Origin: Paraspadella gotoi
Taxonomy: Eukaryota > Animalia > Chaetognatha
DNA length: 64,000 nucleotides
NCBI GenBank assembly: GCA_051294375.1
Contig: CM119270.1
Coordinates: forward strand, 2,557,484-2,621,483
Direction of reading: 5' to 3'
Part shown: in pieces, positions 23,179-34,886 of the stretch
Numbering within the stretch: the first letter of the stretch is position 1
Layout of the letters: every line of letters begins with the position of its first letter
Notes under the pieces: generated by a model
Seen by the model: the letters and a program-made list of their open reading frames with translations, nothing else
What the model was told of the DNA's origin: nothing
The model's database searches: none
Position numbers and translations under genes: made by a program

Positions 23179-24303
23179 AGAAGAGAGAGACAGAGAGAAA
23201 GAGAGAGAGAGAGATAGAAAGAAAGAGAAATAAATCCACGAAAATCTCGGGATGAAAATATGGGATATTGTATTGAAAAAAAGCGCGGAAAAATGGCGCA
23301 ATAATAAAAAAGTTTTTAGAAGGAAAAAAATAATCAGAATTTTTCAAAAAACAACAGGATCACGCAAAAGATCGGACAGATAGGGACAGACACACACAGA
23401 GAGACAGAGAGACAGAAAAGAAGAGAGCAAAAAAGAGAGAGAGAGGAGAGACAGCCGCTGCAAGAGAAAAAGAGAAAGAGAAAGAGCGATATATAATAAT
23501 TAAAAAAGAGAGAGAGAGAGAGAAGCTCTACAGCCCCTTTACTCGTTAAAGAATCAGCGAGTACTTATGGCGCCGCACGCTAGCGTGAGCTATTCTCTAC
23601 CCCAAAGACCCGGGGTTCGCGCCCTGTTCGCCGGCATCGTTTTTACATTAGTGAACCCACATTATATCTAAAAAATTTTTTGTAAAAAAAAAAAAAGAGA
23701 GATAGAGAGGAGAGAGACGGAGAGAGAGAGAGAGAAGAGAGAAAGAAGCTGGACAGACGCTGCAGAGCCGCGAACTCGTTTTAGAAGAAGCAGTGACCGG
23801 AGAAAGAAAGAGAGCAGAGCCGACATATAATTAAACGTTTTGTTTTTGTAAATAAAACATTAAACAAATACCATATCTTGCATTATGAAACATTGGAGAA
23901 TTTTAAAGATCTGTGATGATTGAAGCCAATATGAAACAACTTCCAACTCCCTATGATATCACACTTTCAGAACCACCATGATGGTGCAAAAACACAGTGC
24001 GAGACCGAAAAGCTCAAACCCGAAAAAAAATCTAGACAGGACGGGCTTTGCCCTTGCCTGCTCCGATAATTAGAGGATATTTTTTGTTTTTGATAAAATG
24101 TAAAACAAAACATTTAATAACTGTCCTGACTCAATTTTAAGACATCGATGATGAACAAGCTGAATATAAATTATAATTAATCTATTAATTATATTAATTA
24201 ATTATAACTAATAATTAATTAATTAATCTATTAATAAATTAATTAATCAATAATTAATTAATTATCGTAGGCAGCATCCGACATTGTTTGTCAACACTTG
24301 TTT
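21446..24303 (+). mobile_element. Helentron/DINE-1-like element (possibly composite) filling the last PNP intron
   Basis: 5' palindrome AGTCGGAGTCTGCT-tattc-AGCAGATCCCGACT after a T run; (CCGT)n microsatellite at 21605-21647; ~120-bp internal tandem repeats 21660-22560; 3' subterminal GCAG(C)ATCCGAC followed by ACTTGTTT. Confidence 0.5.
23560..23645 (+). mobile_element. tRNA-derived SINE head or tRNA pseudogene
   Basis: A-box-like TGGCGCCGCACGCTAGCG, B-box-like GGGTTCGCGCCC at tRNA-like spacing, followed by TTTTT. No convincing cloverleaf. Confidence 0.45.
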
Positions 24304-24566
24304 CCTTCTTTCTTTCTTTTTTTTCTTTTTTTCTTGTTTTTTTTTTTCTTTCTTGCTTTCTTTCTTCTTTTCTTTCTTTCTTTCTTTAATTTTTCTATCC
24401 CGATTCCTAGTTGATATTATATTTTCTTTATATTTCCATCAGGCCCTGCTCCTTGTCGATCAGACCCAAATATTTGTCTGTCAGACATCCCTAATCGATC
24501 AGGCTTCTCTCCCATGTCAATCAGGCGCCGTCCTTTTTTAATTCTCCCTTTATCTTCTTCCACCAG

Positions 24567-24719
24567 GTGCTTGAGACGGCCAAGAACCGGGCGAATATCA
24601 TGGAGCAGCTCATGACTCTTTTCATCTCGAAATTGAGTGAAAATAATTTGGAACCGGCGCAATTTCGTCCTGCGATCGACGGTTTTTGCGAATCTATGCG
24701 ATCGAGACGGACGATTTAA
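24567..24719 (+). CDS. PNP: Purine nucleoside phosphorylase terminal exon
   Basis: Pyrimidine tract plus CAG|GTG, completing NHEE-VLE; VLETAKNRANIMEQLMTLFISKL...RRTI then TAA. Confidence 0.9.
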   Translation: MLETAKNRANIMEQLMTLFISKLSENNLEPAQFRPAIDGFCESMRSRRTI

Positions 24720-25422
24720 TTGGCGGGGAAAAAAAATTTAAGGAGATAGTTATTTAAACTTTGTCATTATTTTTATTATTAAATAGATCAATTGTTTGAG
24801 AAAAAAAAAGAGAAATAATCTTTGAAATAATAAAAAATTCATGATAAAAAAAAAAATCTTACAATCTGGAAAAAATTTTTGCGACTCAGTTTTTAATAAT
24901 TATTATATTATGGTGGACTAAAATCTTTATTTTCATTTGCGGCAGTTAATTTCTGTATTTTTTTGCTGAAGAACTCCATAACAGAATCGAGTTAGAATTT
25001 AAAGATTTCTAAATTTGGTCCTTTAATTAAATAAAACCAAATGAAAAGGCGGGAAAATGGAAATGTTTTTTTGTTTTTCCTCGTCGGATGTTTTGAAATC
25101 TTTTTTCATCAAGAAACGTCGTCTTTCGTCATTGTCGTCGTCGTCGTCGTTGTCGACGCCCAAAACTTTTTCACAGATTTCGTTAAAAATCTGATTTACA
25201 TAATCAAGAAAATTCGAGACTGAACAAAACAAGTCGATATTTTTCTCTCTCAGATTCAAATTTCATTTTAGGCGAAAGAAAAAAAACAGAAACTCGTTTC
25301 ATTTTTTGGGGAGAATGAAGAAAAATGAAGAGAATGAGGAAAATAAAGATGGCGAATGTGAGAGAAAATATGGACGAATTAAAAAATTTGGAGTTTTGTG
25401 AATATAATTAATTTAGAAAATA

Positions 25423-25552
25423 ATGCGGATAATTGATTAATAACAACCAGTAATACTGCGGATAATTGATTAATAACAACCAGTGATAATGCGGATAATT
25501 GATTAATAACAACCAATGATAATGCGGATAATTGATTCATAACAACCAGTGA
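25423..25552. repeat. 33-bp tandem repeat x4
   Basis: tgcggataattgattaataacaaccagtgataa units. Confidence 0.9.
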
Positions 25553-26189
25553 GGTTTTAAAAAGCAAAACTCGGTTCTGTGAGTTTTAATTTTGGGAAAA
25601 ACGATTTGCGATTTTATCGTAAACACGAACTCACGTTTGAAAAGGTAAGGAAAACTTGTTGCCCTCGCTACTTAATCTCAACCTCCCCTCGCAGTTTTTA
25701 TCTCTATCTCCCTATGTTTACCCCTTTTTTTCATTTTTCACTCCAAATCCTTTTGAGCTTCATTCACTCTACTTTTTTCTCACCACACCACCTTCGTTTA
25801 TTAATATACCTGTCTTTAACACTCCTCCTCTGTTCAACACTCCTTTCTAAAGTGTGCCTCACTCTAATCGCCTTATCCGCTCTACTTACCAGTGTACCAC
25901 TTCACTTCCCACAGCCACGCCACTTTTCACTGCTCCTTTTTCTAATAGTACTCTCCCTTTAACACAACTTCAGCACTCCGCTACCCTTTCTCCACTCTCC
26001 CATTTTATTTTCGCCGAATTGAAAAAAAATTTTCCTCAGAAACGAAATATTGAAAAAANNNNNNNNNNNNNNNNNNNNNNNNNATAAAGTGTTTTTTTTT
26101 TTTTTTTTTTTTTTTGAAAAAAAAAAAAAATTTCCTTCGTTTTTTTTGATGCGGTGCGAGAAGATGAAAAAGGGAGGAAACACCGCGAG

Positions 26190-29100
26190 AGAGAGAGAGA
26201 GAGAGAGAGAGAAAGTTTAGGCTTCGGACTTTTACGCTTGGTTTATTATTGACGGATGTTTATTGCACGGTTTTGCCATGGAAAACTCGACGAGAAGAGA
26301 GGGGAAAACCCGAAGTCGCAGGGTGGAAAAGAAGTGGGGAGGGTTGGAAAACAGGGTGAGAGGGTGGAAAAGGAGTGGGAGGAGTGGGAAAAAAAGGGTG
26401 AGAGGGTGGAAAAAGGGCGGTAGAGGGGTGGAAAAGGGGTGAGAGGGGTGGCAAAAGGGGTGTGGAAGGGGAAGAAAAGGCGCGGAGCTGGGGTTGAGAG
26501 GGATGGTATAAAGGGTTACCGAGGGCTGGGGGGATGACAAAGGGCTGTGAGAGGGTGAAAACGAGGTGTGAGAAGGAGGGAAGAAAAGGGGGTGAGAGGT
26601 GTTTTTTAAAGTGAAGGAAGGTTGAGGCGCGGGTGGTTAGAAAGATGTGGGACGACCAATTTTGGGTAATTGCCGACGCATATCGAGAATAAGGCAAATG
26701 GCGCATCCGTGGGGCAAAGTAGTTAATTTTGAATCAGTTTGACGTCAAGCTGGAGCTTTGAAATGCCAGGAGGACACTTAAAATATTGGGTGGCGGGTAT
26801 ATTCGCCCACCGTTCTTGGCTCCAAATAAAGCCCCGAATCGCATTGCTCTGAGGCGCGGCAGGGAAGCGTCAGTTCCAGCCTGCCCAGTGCCATGCCATG
26901 CCGATGCCAGACGTTAAACAAGCGACGGCGTGAACAAGGTTCTGCTTTGAGTTGGATCAAAATACGCTGGATCCGGTCTGACGGTTGGTCCCGACACTTT
27001 GATGTGAGGAAGAGAAGAGACGGAGAGGAGGAGGAGAGGGGAGATTAAGGGGAACGTCCCAGAAAGAGAAAGAAGAAAAGCCGGAGAGTGGGAAGAGGGG
27101 AGAAAGGGGAGAAGGGGAAGGCGCGACAAAAAAAAAAGAAAGCATGGAAGTGGAATATCTAAAATGCCCTAATTGTTAAATAACAAAACAACTATAGCCA
27201 GTTGGATGGCAAACAAATGGTCGGATCTGGAGAGCCCTACAAATAATTTAAGCAAGAAGAAATAAGCTAATACGGAATGATTGATTCTTGGTAATGGTTT
27301 ATTACTGAACTTTAAATTTATGATGCTTAAACAAGGATGCATAACACGTTATCTAAGTATAAAAGGAAGGGTTGAGAGGAAGCGAAAGACAAGATGTCGG
27401 ATCATGCCGAGAGAAACGAGAGAAGAGAGGAATCGATTGTACTTGAGGAGAGAGAGCGTAATTAATTAGAATAATAATAATTCAACGTTAGATTAATTAA
27501 TTAGCGGCAAAGACATTAATTAATCTGATATTTGCATCCGAAAAATGGTTGTTACGTTGGGAAGTATAATTAAGTTGAGCAAGAGGAACTGATTAATTAA
27601 TTAAATTTGATTAATTATTGAGAGAGAGAGGCATTAGCTAGTAGAGTTAGTATTAGAAGGCTGATTTAAAGTGCTTAGATTAGTTTTTCGGCGCAAATTC
27701 TCTACTTTATATCGTTCGTCTATTTTCCTCGGTCGAAAGAGAGAGAGAGAGAGAAAAGTTTAGGCTTCGACTTTTACGCTTGTTTATTATTGACGGATGT
27801 TTATTGACGGTTGCCATGGAAACTCGACGAGAGAGGGGGAAACCCGGAAGTCGAGGGGTGGAAAANNNNNNNNNNNNNNNNNNNNNNNNNGAAGTGGGAA
27901 GGGTTGGAAAAAGGGTGAGAGGGTGGAAAAGGAGTGAGGAGTGGGAGAAAAAAAAAAGGGTTTGAGAGGGTGAAAAAGGGCGGTAGAGGGTGGGAAAAGG
28001 GTTGTGAGAGGGTGGAAAGGGGTGTGGAAGGGGAAGAAAAGGGGAGTGAGAGGGATGGTAATAAAGGGTTTAGAGGGATGAAAAGGTGTGAGAGGGTGAA
28101 AAGAGGTGGAGAAGGGGGGAAGAAAGGGGGTGAGAGGTTTAAAGTGAAGGAAGGTTGGGGTGTTAAGAAATTGGAGACAATTTGGTATTTGACGATATGA
28201 GAATAGAAATGGGCATCCGTGGGGGCAAATAGTTAATTTTTGAATCAGTTTGACCGCAAGCGAGTTTGAAATGCCAGAGACACTTAAATATTGTGGCGGG
28301 TATATTCGCACAGTTCTTGGCTCCAAATAAGCCGCCAATCCATTGGCTCTGAGGGCGGAGGGAACGGCGTCATTCCAGCCTTGCCATGCCATGCCATGCC
28401 TATGCCCAGACGTTAAACAAGCGACGTGAACAAAGGTTCTGTTTGAGTTGGATCAAAATACGCTGATCGTTGACGTTGGTCCGACACTTTGAGTGTGAGG
28501 GAAGGAGGAAGAGGAGGAGGAGGAGGAGGAGGAGGGGAGATTAAGGGGAAGTCAGAAAGAAGAAAGAGAAAAAGCTGGGAGGAGTGGGAGAGAGGGGAGA
28601 ATAGGGGAGAAGGGGAAGTGCGGACAAAAAAAAGAAAAGCATGGGAAGTGGAATATCTAAAATGCCCTAATTGTTAAATAACAAAACAACTATAGCCAGT
28701 TGGATGGCAAACAAATGGTCGGATCTGGAGAGCCCTACAAATAATTTAAGCAAGAAGAAATAAGCTAATACGGAATGATTGATTCTTGGTAATGGTTTAT
28801 TACTGAACTTTAAATTTATGATGCTTAAACAAGGATGCATAACACGTTATCTAAGTATAAAAGGAAGGGTTGAGAGGAAGCGAAAGACAAGATGTCGGAT
28901 CATGCCGAGAGAAACGAGAGAAGAGAGGAATCGATTGTACTTGAGGAGAGAGAGCGTAATTAATTAGAATAATAATAATTCAACGTTAGATTAATTAATT
29001 AGCGGCAAAGACATTAATTAATCTGATATTTGCATCCGAAAAATGGTTGTTACGTTGGGAAGTATAATTAAGTTGAGCAAGAGGAACTGATTAATTAATT

Positions 29101-29373
29101 AAATTTGATTAATTATTGAGAGAGAGAGGCATTAGCTAGTAGAGTTAGTATTAGAAGGCTGATTTAAAGTGCTTAGATTAGTTTTTCGGCGCAAATTCTC
29201 TACTTTATATCGTTCGTCTATTTTCCTCGGTCGAAGGGTGTTAGAAAGTTGGAGACAATTTGGATTGACGATATTGAGAATGAGAAATGGCATCCGTTGG
29301 GGCAAATAGTAATTTTGATCAGTTTGACGTCAAGGCTGAGTTTGAAATCCAGAGACACTAAATATTGTGGCGG
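26190..29373 (+). repeat. ~1.5-kb tandem duplication (two full copies plus a third fragment running into a gap)
   Basis: 26190-27735 versus 27737-29234. The last ~590 bp look identical (duplicate 62-aa ORFs in the track); the rest differs mainly by indels. Confidence 0.9.
27810..27823. promoter_or_regulatory. RFX X-box GTTGCCATGGAAAC (indel-altered copy at ~26270)
   Basis: Perfect match to the X-box consensus GTYNCC-AT-RGNAAC. Confidence 0.5.
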
Positions 29374-30079
29374 NNNNNNNNNNNNNNNNNNNNNNNNNNN
29401 NNNNNNNNNNNNNNNNNNNNNNNNNNNNNNNNNNNNNNNNNNNNNNNNNNNNNNNNNNNNNNNNNNNNNNNNNNNNNNNNNNNNNNNNNNNNNNNNNNNN
29501 NNNNNNNNNNNNNNNNNNNNNNNNNNNNNNNNNNNNNNNNNNNNNNNNNNNNNNNNNNNNNNNNNNNNNNNNNNNNNNNNNNNNNNNNNNNNNNNNNNNN
29601 NNNNNNNNNNNNNNNNNNNNNNNNNNNNNNNNNNNNNNNNNNNNNNNNNNNNNNNNNNNNNNNNNNNNNNNNNNNNNNNNNNNNNNNNNNNNNNNNNNNN
29701 NNNNNNNNNNNNNNNNNNNNNNNNNNNNNNNNNNNNNNNNNNNNNNNNNNNNNNNNNNNNNNNNNNNNNNNNNNNNNNNNNNNNNNNNNNNNNNNNNNNN
29801 NNNNNNNNNNNNNNNNNNNNNNNNNNNNNNNNNNNNNNNNNNNNNNNNNNNNNNNNNNNNNNNNNNNNNNNNNNNNNNNNNNNNNNNNNNNNNNNNNNNN
29901 NNNNNNNNNNNNNNNNNNNNNNNNNNNNNNNNNNNNNNNNNNNNNNNNNNNNNNNNNNNNNNNNNNNNNNNNNNNNNNNNNNNNNGCAAGAAAGAAGCGG
30001 TATTAGAATATTAAAGAAACAAAGATGGGAGCATCCAAACTACTGCGCATAGAAAAGCCCGAAACAAGATTGAGGCAAG

Positions 30080-30445
30080 GTATATTAGGTATTAATAAAA
30101 GAATAAAAAGAAAAAGACGGGAGTATCAAATCGACTGCGCAAAGAAGAAACAACATTAGGAAGGTATTAATAAAATAATAAAAATAAAAGGACAGGGAGT
30201 ATCAAACCGACTGCGCATTAAAAAACAACATTAGGAAGGTATTAATAAAAGAATAAAAAGAAAAAGGATTATCAAACCGACTGCGCATTAAAAAACAACA
30301 TTAGGAAGGTATTAATAAAAGAATAAAAAGAAAAAGACGGGAGTATCGAACCGACTGCGCAAAGAAGTATCTTTCGACTCCAGGGATCGAAAAGATGCAT
30401 CTTCTTTCCAATCGGCAGAATAAAAAAAAAAAAGCAAGTCCCCAA
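30080..30445 (-). mobile_element. Hairpin-headed repeat with ~70-bp internal tandem units (HINE-like); second copy at 54832-55215 in opposite orientation
   Basis: Reverse complement of 54832-55215; long imperfect palindrome CCGATTG-AAAGAAG-ATCTTTTCGA/TCGAAAGAT-CTTCTTT-CAGTCGG; four tandem units. Confidence 0.6.
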
Positions 30446-30644
30446 CGGTTCGTCGAAAATGTTGCGCCTCAGAAATCGGATATAAAGCGACGACGGTTAT
30501 AACGAGATCGAATCTTAACGTCGATATCATTTTTTTTTTAATTTTCTTTCTTTTTTTTATTTATTTACCTTAATTTTTTCCTTTCTTTCCATTTTTCTTT
30601 TCTTTTCCCTTTGTCTCCCTGCGCCATATATATTTTCTTTTCTC

Positions 30645-30965
30645 TTTTCATTCTTCCTTATTCCTCATTCCTCATTTCTCATTCTCTTTTCTCTTTTCAT
30701 TCTTCCTTATTCCTCATTCCTCATTCTCTTTTCTCTTTTCATTCTTCCTTATTCCTCATTCCTCATTCTTTTTTCTCTTTTCATTCTTCCTCATTCCTCA
30801 TTCTTCATTCTCTTTTCTCTTTTCATTCTTCCTTATTCCTCATCCCTCATTCTCTTTTCTCTTTTCATTCTTCCTTATTCCTCATTCCTCATTCTCTTTT
30901 CTCTTTTCATTCTTCCTCATTCCTCATTTTTCATTCTCTTTTCTCTTTTCATTTTTCCTTATTCA
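30645..30965. repeat. 42-bp pyrimidine minisatellite, about 7 copies
   Basis: cattctcttttctcttttcattcttccttattcctcattcct units. Confidence 0.9.
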
Positions 30966-31413
30966 ACATTCCACCTTTGTTTTATTTTTTTTTCTTCTCA
31001 TTTTGTTTTCTATTTTCTTTTCTTCTTAATATCTCCTCCTTCTTTCTCTTTCATTTATTCTTTCTCAATTATCATTTCCTTTTTTTTCTCTCTCTCATCC
31101 TTCTCGCTCCTCCCTAATACTCTCTCCTCTTTCCTTCTTTTTCCTCCTCTTTTTCCTCCTCTTTTTCTCCTGTCTTCTATTCTTTCCTCCTTTTTCTTTC
31201 CCTCCTATCTCCTTTTCTCTTCTCTTCTCTCCTTTCTCCTCCTCTCTTCCTTTCTTTCCTCTCTTCTCTCCTCCTCTCTCTTCCTCTCTCCTCCTTTCTT
31301 TTTTTCTTTCCTCCCTTCTCTTCTTTCCTTCAATCCTCCTCTAGAAAACATTGTCGTTGACCCCCTGCTTTACTTGGCCGACCTTTCAACTCTGAGGATT
31401 TCGTTTTTCTTTG

Positions 31414-31446
<33 letters not shown>

Positions 31447-32066
31447 TCTCTCTCTCTCTCTCTCTCTCTTCTCTTCTCTCTTCTCTCTCGTTTCTTCTTT
31501 ATTTGAAACTCAGCCTCGTTGTTTTCGCCTCCGTGGGCTGACCCTTTGGGCCTTTTATTTTCGTCGGCCTCGATTTTCTGGTTGGGTGGGTGGTTTTTGC
31601 GGACATTGAGGGTGGTGCGTGGTTGGAGGTAGTTTAGGGCGGGTGCGTTTGGAGGTTTGGTCAGGGCGGGCGGGTGAGTTAGATGGGTGGTTGTTTCGTG
31701 GACAGGGGGTTTTAGACAGGAAAGAGAGAAAGCGTTCATTGAAAAGATGCGACTTAAAAAACCAAAATGTTTTCTTTTTTTTTCTTCTTTTTTTTTCCTC
31801 AGAGAAAATAATTCGTTTCGCTTTTCTTTCTTTCTTTTTCTTTCTTTTTTTTCTTTTTGTCTTTTATTTTCGCGCGAGTTTTCTTCTCCAATCTCTTGCG
31901 ATTACTTTTTGCGACTTCTTCATCATTTCTGAACTAGTTAGCAATTAATATTAATCTGACATTGTGAAATTATAATTATTTTATTTATTTTAAACCCACT
32001 CCTTCAAAGATTGATAAATTGGTAAATAATTTCATCATCCAATCGTCATAATTATCATAATCTTGG

Positions 32067-32077
32067 TAATAATAATG

Positions 32078-32172
<95 letters not shown>
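32067..32172. repeat. (AAT)n microsatellite
   Basis: Directly visible. Confidence 0.97.
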
Positions 32173-32339
32173 TTACTTATTCAACTGAGATGGAATCAAC
32201 TTTTGTTTACCTTTAACTCTTTTTCCTTCTTTTCCCCAATTTTCTGTTTTTTCCTCTCACTTTTTTCTTTTCACCAAAACATCTTTTGTTTTCGCATTCA
32301 CGGTCACGTGACTCCAGATCGAGTTCACCGTTCGCCCAC

Positions 32340-32425
32340 CGGCAGCGTCGGCCGCGGCGTCGGCAGCGTCGGCCGCGGCGTCGGCAGCGTCGGCCGCGGC
32401 TTCGGCAGCATTGGCCGCGGCGTCG
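32340..32425. repeat. 21-bp GC-rich tandem repeat x4
   Basis: cggcagcgtcggccgcggcgt units. Confidence 0.9.
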
Positions 32426-32951
32426 AACTGTATTTCCTTCATAGGAAGTGTTCTTTTACATATACTATCTTCTTAACTTAAGTTCTACTTTCTTTACATT
32501 ATATATCTTTCTACTTTCTCCCTTTTTCTCTTACTTCTTCCCTCTCATTATCCTTGTTTGGTTCACTTCTAACCTACTTCTCTTCCTCCTCCTCCTCCTC
32601 TTCCTCCTCCCCCTCCTCTTCCCCCCTCTCATCAAGAGTCACAAAGTGGCATTTAATCCCTGAGGAAATTCTCTTGTCAAATTTTTCATCTGTTGTTGCA
32701 ATTGATCGCGTCGTCGTCGTCGTCGTCGTCGTCGTTATCATCGTCGTCGTCGTTATCGTCGTCGTCGTCATCGTCGACCCGCCAAATTTCAATTTTCAAA
32801 CTCGACACGAATGAAATTTTGCGCTTTACGAATTGTTTCCCCTTCAAACGAAAAATCATCAAATATTTTTCATTTTTCGCTCTCTCTCTCTCTCTCTCTC
32901 CCTTCTTCTCTTCTTTGCCGGCTTTTTTGTGGTTCGTAGGGGCGGTGGTTG

Positions 32952-32996
<45 letters not shown>

Positions 32997-33010
32997 CGCA
33001 ATGAGATATC

Positions 33011-34839
33011 CAAATGATTGTGAAAAGGCAAAAATCACATCAGCGTAAATAAACAAGAACTCCATTGATGCGTAATCATGAAGAGTTTTTGGTGTTGATT
33101 AAATAGTTAACATATATATCTTTAATCTTCAATAATGTGTTTTTATCATTGGTTGACCAATGACCATCGATGCGATAAAATTTAAAAACTGCGACAAGTA
33201 AATTGGGGTTAACAGGAATTCAAACCTAACAAATTATTTCGACTAGTATATTTTCAGTTTTAAATAACTTTTTAATATATATATATATTTTTAATCCATA
33301 ATAACAATATATAACGTAAGCGTGGGGAAGAAAATATTTTTTTCTTTAATCAATCGTAAATCTTTAAAAAACTTTCTCTCTTCTCTTTCGTCTCAATTGT
33401 CTCGTTTCTTCCCCCCCCACCGTCTGCTCGAAAAACTCCTTTTAAATTCGGCCTCTTATCTCGACATCCCTTCAACTAACTTACCTTCCTTACCTCAGTC
33501 CCTTCAAACGCCCCCCTTTATCGCGGTGATCATCACTCCAGTGAAAAAAAATCACGATCTTAATCTCACTTCGCTCTCACGACTTTTTTTTTTAATTCGA
33601 GAGGAAGGAGTTAAGGTGAGAGAATTTGAGTGGGAAAGGTAAGAAAATAAGGAATCAGTTGTGAGGTGAGGTGAAGGGACGAGTGTGAATCACATTGTGA
33701 TTGAGATGGTAAAAAAGGATTATATTTGACCACACCACACCAATTCATCAGTATCAGTGTCAGTGTCATCCATACGGAACAGCCTAACGCTACAAAGCCT
33801 AGTTCCCTTTCCAAGGCTACTAAAGGTTATTAACTAATTAAATAATTAATTGAGAATCGAACAAAATTAATTCTTATCTTAGCAGACTTAATTGCGTGAC
33901 AAAAAATATCACCGGCCAAGTTTTCCACGCCCCCTCTCCCTCTCCCATCTTCCCTTCCCCCTCCCTCCCTTCACCTCCCCTTCCCCTCTCTCTCTCCCCC
34001 TCTCTTCTCCTCCTCTCCATTCCACTCTCCCCTCCCCCTCTCTCTCCCCCTTCCCCTCTCCCTCCCTTCTATCCTTTCCCTCTCCTTCTTCTCTCCGCCC
34101 CTTCTCCTTACCTTTCCTTCCCCCTCTCCCTCTCCCTTCCCCTCCACCTCTCCCCCTTCCCCTCCCCCTCTCCCCTTCCTCCCTGCTCTCCCTTCCTCCC
34201 TCTTGGGACTCGTCTCAACAAAATCGACTCTCTCGTCATCGACGGAAAATTAGTCCTACAATCGAACGGAAAGACTTTTCTCTCGCTCTTCTTTAAATTC
34301 CAGCGGATGTTCACCGCTCCCTCATTCCCTCATTCCTTCATTTCTTCTCTCTTCCTTCCCTCCCTCCACCTCGTCCTTCCCCTCCACCCCCCCAAACGAA
34401 ACCCCCAAATGGCGGACTCTGGGTGGGCCACAACTTTTGGGGCAGACGAAGAAGAAAGAAGAAGAAAGAAGAAGATAGAAAGTTTGAGGAAAGAGAAACG
34501 AAATCTTTTGGTTTTTAAGACGAAATTTCGACTCCCGATTTTGTTTTGTTTTTCCCGTTTTTCTTCTCCTTTCGTGAGTTTCACAACCGACATTTTCCTT
34601 TTTTTTTCTTTTTTTTTCTTTTATTTTCTTGTCTTGTCTCTTTTCCTTTGCCTTATCATGTCCGTTCATTGGTCGCACGGTAAGAAAAAATAAAAAATAT
34701 GCAAATGAGGTTTGTAATTAATATGTAGTAAGTATAAATGTAGAAATGTTTAGCAAACAATGCCTCGCCAAGTTTTTATCCTTGACTTTCTTTTTCATTT
34801 CTCCCAGGTTCAAGGTTCGACTCCAGGTCTCTTTCTCAA

Positions 34840-34886
<47 letters not shown>

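Noticed and set aside
29249-30052. Long ORFs spanning N runs (also ~6.6, 56.7, 57.2, 58.2 and 59.1 kb)
   Set aside because: Artefacts of assembly gaps.
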